From Octopus sinensis (Eukaryota): 22,640 nt of DNA. Of the stretch, positions 20,196-22,640 are shown piece after piece. A program made the position numbers and the translations under genes. The number at the start of each line of letters is the position of its first letter. Within the stretch, counting starts at the first letter, position 1. The notes beneath the pieces were generated by a model, which saw only the letters and a program-made list of their open reading frames with translations, had not been told where the DNA came from and ran no database searches. The stretch covers positions 1-22,640 of the forward strand of contig NW_021836890.1 of assembly GCF_006345805.1 (NCBI RefSeq). The letters run 5' to 3'.

Positions 20196-20846
20196 ATTTT
20201 CACTCTCGATAAATTCATCTCCTTTTTGTGTTCCCAGCACTCGGCATCCTAATCTAGGGGCCCTTAATTGTATTTCTACATGAATAATATTTTTCTATAT
20301 GAATAATATTTTGTCTTATGACTAATTCGTCTTTTGTGCTGGGCCACTGGTAGTAAGATATATTACTACCCTTCTTGTTTATATTCGCATATTACTTGAT
20401 GGATTTATTCGTAAAATTTTTCCCGTCATGTCCTATATTGCCGAGTATATTTTGCGTCTGCGCAGAGATTTGAAAAATTAAGGTCTGCTAGTAGTCGAGA
20501 TCAACACATGGTCTGACACGCTGCGAATCTCGATTCAATTTAGGCGTCTCGTTGATGAAGCCAACCTTAGCAAACATATTCTGTGTTTTGCTAGAAAGAG
20601 GCAGAAACTGATATCAGTCCGAGATGTAAAGTTATCGGTAAATGTTTTTGATTTTCACTCTCGATAAATTCATCTCATTTTTGTGTACCCAGCACTCGGC
20701 ATCCTAATCTAGGGGCCCTTAATTGTATTTCTACATGAATAATATTTTTCTATATGAATAATATTTTGTCTTATGACTAATTCGTCTTTTGTGCTGGGCA
20801 CTGGTAGTAAGATATATTACTACCCTTCTTGTTTATATTCGCATAT
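20196..20846. repeat. Pair of 197-bp direct repeats (20196-20392 and 20651-20846) around a 258-bp spacer
   Basis: I count only 3 differences (2 substitutions, 1 indel) between the copies. Confidence 0.95.
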
Positions 20847-20897
<51 letters not shown>

Positions 20898-20917
20898 GAC
20901 GGGCTTCTTTCAGTTTC

Positions 20918-20950
<33 letters not shown>

Positions 20951-20952
20951 GA

Positions 20953-21650
20953 GACAGTGGCAGGTTCTACTACCTAGGGTCTACCATTTCCTCTACTGCT
21001 TCACTTGATGATGAGATTACCATCAGGATAGGAAAGGGAGCAACAACTTTTGGAAGGCTGACAAAATGAGTATGGAAGAGCAAGAGATTAGGCATCAAGA
21101 CAAAGATCAGGATTTATGAAGCATGTGTTCTCAGTACATTCCTCTATGGATCTGAGACATGGACCTTGTACAGCAGTCAGGAAAGGTGCCTTGGCATTTT
21201 CCATCTCAGATGCCTCCATAAGATCTTAGGCTTAACATGGCATGACAAGGTCACCAATGTTGAAGTGCTTGCGCTGACGAATCGTCAAAGCATGACAGCT
21301 TTCATGTGTATGAGAAGACTGAGGTGGCTGGGGCATGTCAGGAGAATGGATGACCATCGAATCCCGAAGCAACTACTCTTTGGAGAACTGGCCCAGGGCA
21401 AGAGACCAAGAGGGAGACCAAAACTGAGGTTTGTCAGCACCTGGGAAGAGAGGGCTGAGTACAGAGCTACATGGAGGATTGTGGTGTAGGAAGGAACTGC
21501 TTTGCTGGAGAGCAGATACAGAAACAAACAAGTTGAGAAGCGTCAGCGGCGAAAGAAAAACAACAGAAATGCAGAGCATTGAGAGACAACCTCTTGGAAG
21601 GCAAGTTCTCTGACAGAAGCTGTGCTTCAATCATAGGAAGAAGCAGTCAA
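20953..21650 (+). mobile_element. RTE-clade (BovB-like) LINE, ORF2 C-terminal fragment; a different family from 14827-15828
   Basis: FYYLGSTISSTASLDDEITIRIGKGATTFGRLTK*VWKSKRLGIKTKIRIYEACVLSTFLYGSETWTLY...FHLRCLHKILGLTWHDKVTNVEVL...RRLRWLGHVRRMDDHRIPKQLLFGELAQGKRPRGRPKLRF. Confidence 0.95.
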
Positions 21651-21666
21651 GATGAAAAGCACCAAT

Positions 21667-21728
<62 letters not shown>

Positions 21729-21810
21729 ATACAAATAAGAAAATGGAGAAACAAATTTAGTTTGTTCATCAACCTTCGGATATTAGAATATATATATATA
21801 TATACATATA

Positions 21811-22312
21811 TCATCATCATCGTTTAACGTCTCTTTTCCGTGTTAGCATGGATTGGACGGTTCGACCAGGGATCTGGGAAGCCAGAATGCTGCACCAGGC
21901 TCCAGTCTGATCTGGCAGTGTTTCTACAGCTGGATGCCCTTCCTAACGCCAACCACTCCGTGAGTGTAGTGGGTGCTTTTTACGTGCCACCTGCACAGGT
22001 GCCAGGTGAGGCTGGCAACGGTCACGATTCGGACGGTGCTTTTTATGTGCCACCGGCACGGAAGCCAGTCTAGGCAGCGTTGGCATCGGCAACATTCAGA
22101 CGGTCCTTTTTACGTGCCACCGCCACAGGGATCACAATTGCAGTTTCCATTGATTTTGACGTTGGTGTACTTGACTCAATGGATCTCCTCAACCAAAAGG
22201 GTCGAAATGGTGTTTCTTCACTTTCCACCTGCACAGGAGTCAGTCCAGCGGTCCTGGCAACTGCAGGGTGCCAGTCATAGGATTGGTTCAATTTCGATTC
22301 CGATTTCACTTG
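21811..22312 (-). mobile_element. RTE-clade LINE 3' UTR and tail, related to 14827-15330
   Basis: tcatcatcatcgtttaacgtc...ctgggaagccagaa...tgagtgtagtgggtgctttttacgtgccac, with 2.5 internal repeat units. Confidence 0.9.
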
Positions 22313-22314
22313 AA

Positions 22315-22345
<31 letters not shown>

Positions 22346-22359
22346 TATATATATATATA

Positions 22360-22372
22360 GTTCTGATTCTTT

Positions 22373-22418
<46 letters not shown>

Positions 22419-22438
22419 TATGTTAAAGAAATCAGAAC
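22360..22438. repeat. 79-bp palindrome centred on a (TA)n tract
   Basis: gttctgattctttaacat-(TA)n-atgttaaagaaatcagaac; the arms are complementary except for one extra A. Confidence 0.9.
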
Positions 22439-22640
22439 AGAAAGAGAAGAAAAGAACTGACACACACACAAAAAAGATTCAAAGAAAACTAGAGAGGGTA
22501 GGAAGAGGGGAGAGAGAAAGAGAATGGGGACACAAAAATAGAGTTAATAATATAAAATATCACAACAGCAGGTTATGAAGGATTTCGTGAAATTTCGACA
22601 GCTAGATGTTTGTTCTCAAGATAAGGCTTGATTTTCTTTA

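Overview
This is AT-rich, microsatellite-saturated eukaryotic genomic DNA. The SINE and RTE-LINE families look like those of Octopus (coleoid cephalopod); this is recognition from memory, not a database hit. Most of the window is repeat debris. It holds a 2.1 kb pyrimidine tract, a decayed 5'-truncated Hero-clade (RLE-type) retrotransposon, several RTE and CR1/Jockey-like LINE fragments, and tRNA-derived SINEs. It also holds a ~2.6 kb local tandem duplication with a third rearranged copy. One plausible minus-strand coding exon (MDSIFNKIRINDVEGLKILIEEKPGE) and a few weaker exon and promoter candidates are present; no complete gene can be read. The most notable result is two unrelated type I hammerhead ribozyme folds with complete catalytic cores, both on the minus strand (17401-17498 and 19911-19981). 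Cleavage at both would release a ~2.5 kb RNA with ligatable ends. Nearly all long ORFs in the supplied track are low-complexity artefacts. All identity figures are by-eye counts.
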